Program-made: the position numbers and the translations under genes
The notes under the pieces: model-generated
Told to the model about the DNA's origin: nothing
Database searches by the model: none
Seen by the model: only the letters and a program-made list of their open reading frames with translations
Origin: an uncultured Thermoleophilia bacterium
Lineage (GTDB): Bacteria > Actinomycetota > Thermoleophilia > UBA2241
Reading direction: 5' to 3'
NCBI GenBank assembly: GCA_963784975.1
Contig: CAWAUK010000014.1
Coordinates: forward strand, 1 to 32,000
Length of the DNA: 32,000 nt
Shown: positions 15,537 through 25,476 of the stretch, piece after piece
How the letters are laid out: every line of letters begins with the position of its first letter
How positions within the stretch are numbered: position 1 is the stretch's first letter

Positions 15537-16734
15537 TGCGAGTCCTCGTCCTCGGAGTGAGCACGCGGGCGATGGTCGAGTCCGCGGTCCGCGGCGGTCA
15601 CGAGGTCGTTGCCGTGGATTTCTTCGGCGATCGCGATCAGGCGGGGTTGGCGGAGAGCTACGCGTTGCAGCGGGATCTCGGCCTGCCGGCGACCGCGGAA
15701 GGGTTGGCGGCGGCGGCGCGACGCATCGCCGCCGACGCGGTCGTCTACGGCGCCAATCTGGAGAACCACCCCGAGGTGGTCGGCGAGCTGACTCACGGAG
15801 TGCGGCTGCTCGGCAATCCGGCCGAGGTCGTCCGGGACGTGCGTGACTGGAGCCTGCTCCGACGCGTCTGTGTGAAGGCCGGGATCGCGCACCCGGTGAC
15901 CCTGCTGCGCGGCGAGGAGGAGCGCGCCCGGCGCGGGCGCTGGTTGAAGAAGCGCCTGCGCAGCGGCGGCGGCCACGGGATCGCGGCATGGGACGGCACA
16001 GCGCTGGACGACGCTCACCTGTCTGCAGGCCGAAGTGGACGGCCGCGCAGCTTCGGTCGCGTTCGTGGCCGACGGCAAGGAAGGTCGCATCTTCGGCCTC
16101 ACCGAGCAGCTCTTGGGGCTTTCCGCGCTGGGTGGTTCCGGTTTCGCCTGGTGCGGCAACGTGCTGCCGCTCGAGGTCCCGGAGGCGGACGCCGCATCGG
16201 TCCGCGCCCAATTGGAGCACATGGTGTCGTGTCTTACCCGGCACTTTGGCCTCGTCGGTGTCAACGGGTTGGACGTGGTGATCGGCCGCGACCCCGAAGG
16301 CGTCGTGCGGCCGTTTCTGATCGAGGTCAACCCGCGCTTCAGCGGTTCCATGGAGCTGGCGGAACGCGCCTTCGGCGTCGGCGTGTTCGCGCTCCACGTC
16401 GAAGGCTCAGCGGGCACTATGCCGCGCGGTTCTTTCGCCGTCGAGCGCGCTCCCGACGGCTGCGTCGGCAAGGGGATCGTGTACGCACGGCGCCCGGTCG
16501 TCGCCCCGGACACCGGGAAGTGGCGTTCCCGCGGCGTCCGGGACGTGCCGTGGTCCGGCCAGCAGTGTCGCCGCCGGGCATCCGGTGTGCACAGTATTCG
16601 CTCGCGGCCGAGACCGTGAGGCGTGCCTTGACGGACTGTCCTCGGCTGCGGCCGCGGTGTATGGAGATATCGAGGAGAAAGAGGAGGGGCGCCGTGGGCA
16701 AACGACTCGCCTTCATCACCGGACGCGCGCGTAG
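15536..16734 (+). pseudogene. ATP-grasp ligase of the C1-cofactor cluster type, interrupted by two +1 frameshifts
   Basis: Frame 2 reads MRVLVLGVSTRAMVESAVRGGHEVVAVDFFGD...KKRLRSGGGHGIAAWDGTALDDAHL up to 16021. After an extra nt at 16022, frame 0 reads LQAEVDGRAASVAFVADGKE...LIEVNPRFSGSMEL...RDVPW. After a shift near 16558-16562, frame 1 reads SSVAAGHPVCTVFARGRDREACL...* and ends at 16734. Confidence 0.75.
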
Positions 16735-16773
16735 GGCGTCCGGCATGCACAGGGGCACAGAGGAGGCGGTGGC

Positions 16774-18410
16774 ATGATGCTCGGCATCCTCGGCGGGCGC
16801 GTCTACGACCCGCGAAACGGCAAGGACGGCGAGGTCGGCGACATCTGGGTGAAGGACGGCCGTGTGGTTGCGCCGGAGGACGTGGACCGAGAGTCGGCGC
16901 AGACCGTCGACGCCGCCGGCCTTGTGGTCATGCCCGGCGGCGTCGACATCCACGCGCACATCGCCGGCGGCGAGGTGAACTCTGGCCGCAAGCTTCAGCC
17001 TGAGGATCACCGCGGCCATGAGCGCGCGCGATCGGCCAACCTGCGCGCGGGCGCCGGAGGGATCGTCCCCTCCACCCACCTCACCGGGTATCTCTACTCC
17101 GAGCTCGGCTACACGACGGTGATGCAGGCGTCCGCCGCGCCGCTCGCGGCCCGGCACGTCCACGAAGAGCTCGAGGACGTGCCCAACATCGACAATGGCA
17201 CCTACATCGTGATGGGCAACAACCACTTCGTCATGCAATGCATCGCCGACAAGCAGCCCGAGAAGGCGCGCGACTATGTGGCCTGGCTCCTGCGAGCCAC
17301 CCGCGGCTACGCGATCAAGATCGTGAATCCCGGCGGCGTCGAGAACTGGAAGTGGGGCAAGAACGTCGCCGAGCTGGACGACGAGGTCATCGGCTACGGA
17401 GTCACTCCGCGACAGATCGTCCAGACCCTGGCTTCTATCGCCGACGATCTCGGCCTGCCGCACTCGATCCACGTCCACGGCATCAACCTGGGCCGGCACA
17501 CGAGCGCCAGAACGAGCATCGAGACGATGGCCGCCCTCACCGGGCATCGCCTGCATCTGTGCCACCTGCAGTTCCTGAGCTACGGGGCGGGACGCGGCCA
17601 CATCCACTCATCGGAGGCGGCCGCCGTCGCGGCGGCGGTCAATGCCAACCCGGAGTCACCGTCGACGTCGGACAGCTGATCTTCGGCGATGCCACGACGA
17701 TGACCTGTGACGGCCCTCTCCAGTACGCCCTCTACCAGACGACCGGCCACAGGTGGATCAACAGCGACGTGGAGAGCGAAACGGGCGGGGGGGTCGTGCC
17801 CATCGTCTACAAGCGCCCGCAATCCCATCAACGCGACGATGTGGCTCACCGGCATGGAGCTCTTCCTGCTGATCGACGACCCGTGGCGGGTCTTCCTGAG
17901 CACCGATCATCCCAACGCTGGTCCCTTCACCAGCTATCCACAGGTCATCAGGCTGCTCATGGACCGCGACTACCGGCGGGAGGTGTTCGAGAGCCTGCAC
18001 CCGCGTGCACGCCGAGGGAGCTCTGCTTCCGGAGCTGGACCGCGAGTACTCTCTCGGCGAGATCGCCGTCATCAGTCGCGCCGGTCCCGCACTGGCGCTC
18101 GGCCTCGAGCACAAGGGCCACCTGGGCGTCGGCGCCGACGGCGACATCGCCATCTATGAGGATCGCGCCGACAAGGAGGCGATGTTCGCCCGCCCGCGGT
18201 ACGTCTACAAGGGCGGCGAGCTCGTCGCACGCGACGGCGTCGTCGTCGCGGATAGTCCGCGGTCGCACGTTCGCAGTGGCGCCGGAGTACGACACAGGGA
18301 TCGAGGCCGAGCTACGCGAGTACTTCAAGGAGGCGTACACGGTCTCGTTCGACAACTTCTCGATGCTTGCCGGCCACGAAGCCCCCTTCGAGATCGTGGC
18401 CTGTCGCTGA
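16774..18410 (+). pseudogene. fwdA: formylmethanofuran dehydrogenase / formyltransferase-hydrolase subunit A (amidohydrolase), interrupted by four frameshifts
   Basis: Frame 1 holds MMLGILGGRVYDP...GGVDIHAHIAGG...AIKIVNPGG...HLCHLQFLSYG...AVNANP. A -1 shift near 17653 leads to frame 0: VTVDVGQLIFGDATTMTCDGP...GGGVVPIVYKR. A +1 shift near 17814-17818 leads to frame 1: [43 protein letters not shown]...HPR. A +1 shift near 18000-18012 leads to frame 2: [27 protein letters not shown]...[15 protein letters not shown]...DGVVVAD. A +1 shift near 18251-18254 leads to frame 0: [13 protein letters not shown]...EIVACR*. Confidence 0.85.
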
Positions 18411-18422
18411 GGAGGTCCGCGC

Positions 18423-19400
18423 ATGCCAGATGACTCATGGTGCCGCGTGCAGCGCGACACACAGCAAGGGCGCCCGGCCGTGCCCGTGGCTCTGAGCCGC
18501 GCCGGTGTGACCAATCTGCGCCGCATCATCTCGATGAAGGACAGCGGCAGGTCCGAGCTGTTCTACGCGACGCTCGACCTGTTCGCCGATCTCAGCTCCA
18601 AGCACGCCGGCGTCCACATGTCGCGCTTCAGCGAGGTGGTCGAGGGTCTCGCCGAGGGCCTCACGCGCAGACCGTTCGCCGACATCGAGTCACTCGCCAA
18701 GCGCATGGCCGAAGACGTGGTCGAGACCCAGGAGGCGACGCGCGCCGAGGTCCACATCAGAGTGCAGTCGCCGATCACGAAACAGACCCCGGTCACGCAT
18801 CGGCCCACGGAGCAGCTCTTCACCTTGGTGGGCATCGCCGCGGCGTCGCGCACGCGGACACGCCTCCTTGTCGGGGTCGAGGTGCACGGCCTGACCGTGT
18901 GCCCGTGCGCCCAGGACATGATCCGCGGTCAGTCACTGGACCGCCTCTGCGCCAACGGCTACAGCGAAGAGGAGGCCGAGCGGATCCTGGGTCTTCTGCC
19001 CATCGCCTCGCACAACCAGCGCGGCAAGGGCACGCTCCTCATCGGCTCGGAGAGCCGCCTTCCCGCGGGCGACCTGGTGGCCATCGTCGAGCAGTCGATG
19101 AGCTCCGAGATCTACGAGCTGCTCAAGCGCCCGGACGAGCTCTACGTCGTCGACAAGGCGCATCGCAATCCGCGCTTCGTCGAGGATGTGGTGCGCGAGA
19201 TGCTGCGCCACGTCGTCGAGGACTATCCGGACCTCCCGGACGACTCGTTCGTTCTGGCCCGCCAGGAGAACTACGAGGGCATCCACGAGCACAATGCCTT
19301 CGCCGAGCGGTACGGCACCATGGCGGAGATCCGCCCCGAACTCGCCGGCAAGACGTTCGCCACGCGGCACACCGCCCTGGGCGAGTGGATGGCGGGCTAG
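18423..19400 (+). CDS. mptA: GTP cyclohydrolase, FolE2/MptA family
   Basis: 325 aa with GAGGAGG upstream. Motifs: [27 protein letters not shown]. The cluster context favours the pterin branch of H4MPT synthesis. Confidence 0.85.
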   Translation: MPDDSWCRVQRDTQQGRPAVPVALSRAGVTNLRRIISMKDSGRSELFYATLDLFADLSSKHAGVHMSRFSEVVEGLAEGLTRRPFADIESLAKRMAEDVVETQEATRAEVHIRVQSPITKQTPVTHRPTEQLFTLVGIAAASRTRTRLLVGVEVHGLTVCPCAQDMIRGQSLDRLCANGYSEEEAERILGLLPIASHNQRGKGTLLIGSESRLPAGDLVAIVEQSMSSEIYELLKRPDELYVVDKAHRNPRFVEDVVREMLRHVVEDYPDLPDDSFVLARQENYEGIHEHNAFAERYGTMAEIRPELAGKTFATRHTALGEWMAG

Positions 19401-19412
19401 GGGGCGACGGTC

Positions 19413-20760
19413 GTGCCGGATACGCTGTTCGTGACCGGCAGGCTCGCCGCCCACGCGCTGCGCAGGACTCTCGCCAGTCTCGAGCTCGACTTCGACTACG
19501 AGGTCGCGGTCCTCAGCGGCTCGGTGGCGGCCCTCATGCGTACCGAGTGGATCGCGCGGAGACTGCCCGAAGACTGCGGGTGTCGGCAGGTCATGATCCC
19601 GGGGCTCTGCAGGGGCGACCTCACCACGATCGAGACAAGAGTCGGTGTCCCGGTGGTCCGCGGCCCCAAAGACCTCAAGGATCTGCCGCGCCTTCTTCGG
19701 TCAGGAGCGCGTCCTCGAGGGCTACGGCGACTATGACGTGAGGATCCTCGCCGAGATCGTCGAGGCCTACCGGATGCCCTTTGCCGACATCCTCGGACAG
19801 GCGGAGTACTACCGCGCCAGCGGCGCCGACATCATCGACCTCGGCTGCCCGCCCATGGAGGCGTTCCCGGGAGTCGCCGACGTGGTCGCGGGACTCAAGG
19901 ATCACGGGTTCACGGTCAGCATCGACACCTTCCACCCGCAGACCATCCGCGAGGCCGACGAGGCTGGGGTCGACCTCCTTCTCAGCGTGAACGCGCAGAA
20001 CCTCGACCTGGTGCCGCAGCTGCGCTGCAAGGTCGTGGTGATCCCCGACTTCGGCGAGGGCCTCGAGTCTCTGGAGCGCAACGTGGCCGCCGTGGACGCC
20101 TTTGGCGCGTCCTACGTCATCGACCCGATCCTCGATCCGCTGAGCTTCGGCTTCACGGCCTCGCTCGAGCGGTACTGCGAGACGCGTCGGCGTCACCCGG
20201 ACGCCGAGATGCTCATGGGCCTCGGCAACCTCACCGAGCTCACGGACGCCGACAGCGTCGGCGTCAACGCGGTGATGGCCGGCGTCATCGCCGAACTGGG
20301 CATCGACTACGTGCTCACGACGGAGGTCGTCAGCTGGGCGCGAGGCGCCGTGCGAGAGCTCGACCTGGCCCGCAAGTTGATGCACTACGCGCTTCTGAAC
20401 AGGGTCCTTCCGAAGGGCGTCGACGACGGCCTCGTGGCGCTCAAGGACCCCCCGTTCGATACGTATTCGGAGGCGGAGCTGCGCGACATGCAGCGGAGCG
20501 TGCGCGACAAGAACTTCCGGATCTTCGCCGATCGCGAGTCGGTGTACGTCTTCAATCGCGATACCTTCGTGCGCGGCCACGACCCGCGCCGACTCTTCTC
20601 CGCCTTGAACGTCGCGGACCCCAGCCACGCCTTCTACCTCGGGAAGGAGCTCGAGCGGGCCGCTCTCGCGGTCCAGCTCGGCAAGAAGTACACGCAGGAG
20701 TCGCCCCTGCGCTGGGGGTATCTGAGTGGAGACACAGGCGGAGAGGGTGAGCCCGGATGA
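19413..20760 (+). pseudogene. dihydropteroate-synthase-like pterin-binding protein with N-terminal extra domain (H4MPT biosynthesis), one +1 frameshift
   Basis: Frame 0 reads MPDTLFVTGRLAAHALRR...VVRGPKDLKDLP up to about 19688. Frame 1 then reads AFFGQERVLEGYGDYDVRILAEIVEA...GADIIDLGC...TFHPQTIREA...* to 20760. There is an extra nt near 19689 in the ccgcgcc context. Confidence 0.75.
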
Positions 20761-21887
20761 CGCGGGCCATCGGTGTCGATCCAGGGACTGTGAGCTTCGA
20801 CGTCTGCGGCCGGGACGACGACGACGTGTTCTTCGAAGAGACGTATGAGACCTCCGACGTGCGCGACGACCCCGGGATGCTGGTGGAGGCCTTGAGTGCT
20901 TGCGGGCCGGTCGACCTCATCGTCGGACCGTCAGGCTACGGTCTGCCGTGGACCGACGTCCGCGACGTCGGGGCGGAGGAGCTGGACCTGATGCTCCTGG
21001 CCGACGCCGCGGATGGGCCGCGCGGCACGATCATCGGCGGGATGGGACGCGTGCTGGAGGCGCTCAGGGAGAGCGGTCTGCCGGTCTGCTTCGCGCCGGG
21101 CGTGGTGCAGCTCAAGACCGTCCCCGAGCATCGCAAGGCCAACCGGATCGACATGGGCACGGCCGACAAGCTCTGCGCCGTGGCGCTCGCCGTGTGGGAC
21201 CAGGCGCGCCGCCTGGACGTGCCGTACTCTGCGACCTCGTTCGTCTCGGTCGAGGCCGGCGGCGCGTTCACGGCCGTCGTGGCCGTCGAACGCGGCGCGA
21301 TCATCGACGGCTCGGGCGGCACCTGCGGGGCGATGGGATTCAGGGCGTTGGGGGCCATGGACGGTGAGCTCGCGTACCTTCTGCGGGACTTCCCCAAAGA
21401 CGTCCTCGCGAGCGGCGGAGCGGCGTGGATCGCCGGCGCCCCCGAGTGCTCGCCCGAGGAGCTCGTCGCCGCAGCTTCGAGTGACCCCCGTGCGGAGCTC
21501 GCCCTTGAGGCGTTGCTGGAGGACGTGGCCAAGCGCGTCGCCGCCGAGGTGATCCTGCTCGAGGCGCCCCGCGAGATCCTCCTGTCGGGACGACTCGTCC
21601 GCGTGCCGGGCCTGCGCCGCCGTCTCGCTGAAGCGCTGCGCAGGTTCGGCCCAGTCCACGTGATCGAAGGCTACGCGAGCGTCTGCAGTGAGGCCGCGCA
21701 AGGGGCCGCCCTTCTGGGCCAGGGACTGGCCGGCGACCGCGGCCTGAGCGACCTCGTGGACGCGATGGGCCTGCGCGGTGCGTGCGGCGGCGTGCTGGAC
21801 CACCTGTTCGTCAGTGAAGCTGAGTCTGTGCGGAGTCGCCATCCGGTGCCGCGACGTCCGCAGGTGCCTTTCTGGGAGAGGAGCTAG
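20757..21887 (+). CDS. ASKHA-fold (sugar-kinase/Hsp70/actin-like) protein, DUF1464-like (from memory), C1-cluster associated
   Basis: ATGA overlap with the upstream gene. The N-terminal phosphate-1-like motif is AIGVDPGTVSFDV, with later GxG-rich segments (VEAGGAFTAVVAVERGAIIDGSGGT). 376 aa. Confidence 0.6.
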   Translation: MTRAIGVDPGTVSFDVCGRDDDDVFFEETYETSDVRDDPGMLVEALSACGPVDLIVGPSGYGLPWTDVRDVGAEELDLMLLADAADGPRGTIIGGMGRVLEALRESGLPVCFAPGVVQLKTVPEHRKANRIDMGTADKLCAVALAVWDQARRLDVPYSATSFVSVEAGGAFTAVVAVERGAIIDGSGGTCGAMGFRALGAMDGELAYLLRDFPKDVLASGGAAWIAGAPECSPEELVAAASSDPRAELALEALLEDVAKRVAAEVILLEAPREILLSGRLVRVPGLRRRLAEALRRFGPVHVIEGYASVCSEAAQGAALLGQGLAGDRGLSDLVDAMGLRGACGGVLDHLFVSEAESVRSRHPVPRRPQVPFWERS

Positions 21888-21893
21888 GGTCTC

Positions 21894-22781
21894 ATGCATG
21901 TCAACGGAGTCGAGATAGAGGATACGTTCGCCGAGGCTTTCGGGATGTGGGGCTCACGCCTCGTGGTCACGGGCGAAGACATGGGCTGGGCCCGCACCGC
22001 CGCCGAGGCGGCGACGGGCTTCGCCACATCGATCATCGGCTGCGGCTGCGAGGCCGGCACCAACGACCTGGCGCCAGGCGAGGAGACGCCCGACGGGCGC
22101 CCCGGCGTGGCGGCGCTGGTGTTCACGACGTCGCGCAAGAACATGGAGACGGTGCTGCTGCAGCGCGTCGGCCAGGCGGTGATGACCTGCGCCACCTCGG
22201 CCTGCTACGACGGCCTTGCCGCCGATGAGAAGATCAAGGTGGGCGGCAAGCTCCGCTACTTCGGCGACGGCTTCCAGGGCAGCAAGCTGCTTGACGGACG
22301 CCGGCTGTGGCGCGTCCCCGTGATGGACGGCGAGTTCGTCGTGGAGGAGAGCTTCGGCGTTGCCAAGGCCGTCGGCGGCGGCAACTTCTTCATGATGGCG
22401 GAGAGTCTGAGCGCGGCGCTCGCCGCGGCCCAGGCCGCAGTGGTGGCGATGCGCGCCGTGCCCGGCGCCATCATGCCGTTCCCGGGAGGCGTCGTGCGGA
22501 GCGGCAGCAAGATCTCGTCGCGGTACAAAGGTCAGAACGTCTCCAGCAACACGCCCTACTGCCCGACGTTGCGCGCCGAGGAAGGCAGCGCCCTCAGAGA
22601 CGGCGAGAACGCGGTCCTGGAGATCGTCATCGACGGCCTCAGCGCCGCTTCGGTGGCGGAGGCCATGCGCGCGGGCATCGCCGCGGCCTGCCTTCCCGGC
22701 GTGACCCGCATCTCGGCCGGCAACTACGGCGGCTCGCTGGGGCCGTTCCACTTCGCACTGCGCGAACTGATGAGCGCGTGA
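21894..22781 (+). CDS. fhcD: formylmethanofuran:tetrahydromethanopterin N-formyltransferase (Ftr / FhcD)
   Basis: 295 aa with GGAGAGGAG upstream. The N-terminus MHVNGVEIEDTFAEAFGMWGSRLVVTG and the overall layout are typical of Ftr. Confidence 0.88.
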   Translation: MHVNGVEIEDTFAEAFGMWGSRLVVTGEDMGWARTAAEAATGFATSIIGCGCEAGTNDLAPGEETPDGRPGVAALVFTTSRKNMETVLLQRVGQAVMTCATSACYDGLAADEKIKVGGKLRYFGDGFQGSKLLDGRRLWRVPVMDGEFVVEESFGVAKAVGGGNFFMMAESLSAALAAAQAAVVAMRAVPGAIMPFPGGVVRSGSKISSRYKGQNVSSNTPYCPTLRAEEGSALRDGENAVLEIVIDGLSAASVAEAMRAGIAAACLPGVTRISAGNYGGSLGPFHFALRELMSA

Positions 22782-22791
22782 GGCGGCGGCG

Positions 22792-23571
22792 ATGGGATGC
22801 ATAGCATGTGCGGCTCTCGTCCTCGAAGGCGCCGGAGTGACGCTGACGCGCAGGGAATCGAGCAGACTTCCGGTGGTGGCGGAGAGCATCTGTCCTGATC
22901 GCTTCGTGGGTCTCGGGCTCACCGAGATCACCGAGCTCCCCGTCCTCAGCGGCGGCCGTGAAGTGCCGCTCGGCGACGTTTTCGACGTGGATGGGCCTGG
23001 GGCCCAGAACGTGACCGTGACGGGTGATCTCTCCAATGTGGAGAGCATCGGCCAGGGGATGACCATGGGCCGGCTGACCGTGTCGCGCGACGTTGGCCCG
23101 CAACTCGGCGCAGGAATGTCGGGCGGCGAGATCGTCGCGGAGCGCGCCGCCGGCGGGTCGGTGGGCGCAGGGATGTCGGGCGGACGCATCATCGTGCAGG
23201 GCGATGCCGGGCAGGCGGTGGGGTCGCACATGAGTGGCGGCCTCATCGTGGTGCTCGGCGACGCCGGCGAGGGGGCCGGCGCTGGAATGGTCGCCGGCTC
23301 GATCGTCGTCGGCGGTCGGCTTGCCGGGGCCCCGGGAGCGGGCATGAAGCGCGGCGCGATAGTCGCGTTCGGCGAGACGCCCGTGCCGGCGTCGACCTTC
23401 CGCTTCGCCGGCCTCGACCGGCCCGCGTTCCTGAGTTCTTGCCTCCCGGACCTGGAGGACACGGGTCTCGAAGGGTGCTCATGGATCACCGAAGGTGAGT
23501 TCCGGCGCTACGTGGGCGACATCGACAGCGGAGGCGAAGGGGAGGTCCTGGTCCTTGATCAGTCTCAATGA
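22792..23571 (+). CDS. fhcC: formylmethanofuran dehydrogenase subunit C-like (FhcC)
   Basis: Beta-helix glycine repeats: GAGMSGGEIVAE.., GAGMSGGRIIVQGDAG.., GSHMSGGLIVVLGDAG.., GAGMVAGSIVVGG. The start is uncertain (ATG 22792 or GTG 22837). Confidence 0.85.
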   Translation: MGCIACAALVLEGAGVTLTRRESSRLPVVAESICPDRFVGLGLTEITELPVLSGGREVPLGDVFDVDGPGAQNVTVTGDLSNVESIGQGMTMGRLTVSRDVGPQLGAGMSGGEIVAERAAGGSVGAGMSGGRIIVQGDAGQAVGSHMSGGLIVVLGDAGEGAGAGMVAGSIVVGGRLAGAPGAGMKRGAIVAFGETPVPASTFRFAGLDRPAFLSSCLPDLEDTGLEGCSWITEGEFRRYVGDIDSGGEGEVLVLDQSQ

Positions 23572-24520
23572 GAGCGCCTACACCGTCTTCGTGAGGCTGA
23601 GCGCAGCGGCCGAGGCCCTGGGCGTGATGGTGTCGACGCTGGACAACGGAGCGACGGTTCTCGACGCCGGCGTTGAGACGGGCGGCTCACTGGAAGCGGG
23701 CCGCCTGTTCTCCGAAGTCTGTCTGGGCGGCCTTGCCGACGTCCGTCTTCGCCAGATCCAACTGGATGACCTGGTGCTACCGGGGGTCGAGGTGAACGTC
23801 CATCGGCCGGTGCTGGCGTGCATGGCCTCGCAGTACGCCGGCTGGGCACTCAGTGTGCCGGCGACAGGCGCCTCGGAGAAGTACTTCGCCATGGGCTCCG
23901 GACCCGCGAGGGCGTTGTACCGGGGCGATCCCATCTTCGCCGACATCGAGTATCTCGACTCGGCGACGCTCGCCGTGCTGACGCTGGAATCGAACCGTCT
24001 GCCATCTGCTGAGGTGGCCGCCTGGGTGGCGGGCAAGTGTGGCGTGGCACCCGATCGTCTCTCGCTGCTCGTCGCGCCGACGGCATGCCTCGTGGGGTCG
24101 GTCCAGATCGCCGCGCGCATCGTCGAGACGGGGCTCCACAAGATGCATGAGGTGGGATTCGACCTGACCACCGTGAGTTCTGGCTTCGGCTCGTGTCCTC
24201 TCGCGCCGGTGGCGGCCGATGACCTCACGGCCATCGGCCGCACCAACGACGCGGTCCTCTACGGGGGCCGCGCCTGGTACACCGTGGAGACCGAGGACGA
24301 GCACATCGAGAGCGTCATCGAGCGCCTGCCGTCGGTTGCCTCGAGCGACTACGGAGTGCCCTTCGGGGAGCTCTTCCAGCGATACGGCGGTGACTTCTAC
24401 AAGATCGACCCTCTGCTGTTCAGCCCCGCCGAGATCACCATCACGAACAGCATGAGTGGCCGGACCTTCCACGCCGGCGCCGTCGACACCGCCATCCTCC
24501 GCGCTTCGTTGTTCACTTGA
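23555..24520 (+). CDS. mch: methenyl-tetrahydromethanopterin cyclohydrolase
   Basis: About 321 aa from TTG 23555, which has GGGGAGG 9 nt upstream and overlaps the fhcC end; GTG 23495 is an alternative. The sequence (ISLNESAYTVF...LDNGATVLDAGV...GSGPAR...) has the Mch layout. Confidence 0.85.
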   Translation: MISLNESAYTVFVRLSAAAEALGVMVSTLDNGATVLDAGVETGGSLEAGRLFSEVCLGGLADVRLRQIQLDDLVLPGVEVNVHRPVLACMASQYAGWALSVPATGASEKYFAMGSGPARALYRGDPIFADIEYLDSATLAVLTLESNRLPSAEVAAWVAGKCGVAPDRLSLLVAPTACLVGSVQIAARIVETGLHKMHEVGFDLTTVSSGFGSCPLAPVAADDLTAIGRTNDAVLYGGRAWYTVETEDEHIESVIERLPSVASSDYGVPFGELFQRYGGDFYKIDPLLFSPAEITITNSMSGRTFHAGAVDTAILRASLFT

Positions 24521-25398
24521 AGGTCGCGATCCTGGGACAGGACGGCGGCTGGCATACCGAGAGCCTCCGCGGCGCGCTCGCGCGGCGCGGTCTGCCGGTC
24601 GAGTGCTACCCCGTCACGCAGCTGACGGCCAGGGTGGTCGGCGGGCCGCGCCTCACGGCGGCGACCACCCCGCTTGACGGCTGCGACGTCGTGTTCGTGC
24701 GCGCCATCCCGTCGGGGTCGCTGGAGCAGGTGGTCTTCCGCATGGATGCCCTGCGAATGCTCGAGCACGGGGGCGTGAGAGTGGTCAACTCGGCGTTCGC
24801 CATCGAGCACGGCGTCGACAAGTACTACACGTCCGCGCGGCTCCACGACGCGGGTGTCCCGACGCCGCGCACGGTGGTCTGTGAACGCTTTGAGGGGGCC
24901 ATGGCCGCCTACCAGGAGCTGGGCGGCGACGTGGTCGTCAAGCCTCTGTTCGGCTCCGAGGGCAGGGGCATCGTGCGTGTCTCAGACGTCGACACCGCGT
25001 ACCGCGTCTTTCGCGCGCTCGAGCTCGGCCGCTACGTCTACTGTCTGCAGGAATTCGTGCCGCACGGCCACGAAGACATCCGTGCCTTCGTAGTCGGAGA
25101 ACGGGTCATCGGCGCCATGGTGCGCCGCGGTCAGGGGTGGAAGACGAATGCCGCCCAGGGCGCCAAGGGCGAACCACTGGACCTGGACGAGCATCTTCGT
25201 GACCTTAGTCTGCGTGCGACGCGCGTCGTGGGTGCCGAACATGCCGGCGTCGATATCCTCCCCTGCGATGACGGCGGGTACACGGTGATCGAAGTGAACA
25301 CCATCCCGGGGTGGCGGGCGCTGCGCGCGGCCACAGGCGTCGACGCCGCTCAGTGTCTGGTCGACCACGTCCTTGAGGGGTCGGAGTGGACCGGCTGA
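24517..25398 (+). CDS. mptN: RimK-type ATP-grasp alpha-L-glutamate ligase (MptN-like, H4MPT glutamylation)
   Basis: The TTG start overlaps the mch stop (TTGA). 293 aa: MKVAILGQDGGWHTESL..., VVVKPLFGSEGRGI, EVNTIPGW. The MptN name comes from cluster context. Confidence 0.75.
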   Translation: MKVAILGQDGGWHTESLRGALARRGLPVECYPVTQLTARVVGGPRLTAATTPLDGCDVVFVRAIPSGSLEQVVFRMDALRMLEHGGVRVVNSAFAIEHGVDKYYTSARLHDAGVPTPRTVVCERFEGAMAAYQELGGDVVVKPLFGSEGRGIVRVSDVDTAYRVFRALELGRYVYCLQEFVPHGHEDIRAFVVGERVIGAMVRRGQGWKTNAAQGAKGEPLDLDEHLRDLSLRATRVVGAEHAGVDILPCDDGGYTVIEVNTIPGWRALRAATGVDAAQCLVDHVLEGSEWTG

Positions 25399-25476
25399 CC
25401 GGGGCGGCGCACGCCGGAGGTGTACGCTGAGGGTGCGCCCGCGCAGGGGGCGACGTAAAGCAGCCGCTCCGGTCGC

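Noticed and set aside
14397-16750. 666-aa and 483-aa minus-strand ORFs (14397..16397 and 15299..16750)
   Set aside because: They are antisense to mtd and the ATP-grasp gene. The products are Arg/Pro/Gly-rich and they overlap each other in different frames. High-GC artefacts.
12965-18410. Programmed +1 ribosomal frameshifting as the explanation for the many frame changes
   Set aside because: I recognise no shared slippery or shifty motif at the sites. Several sites occur per gene, and one is -1. Sequence error or recent indels are far more economical explanations.
21954-23489. 511-aa minus-strand ORF
   Set aside because: It is antisense to ftr/fhcD and fhcC, both of which have clear family motifs. 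The composition is Pro/Ala/Arg/Ser-rich.
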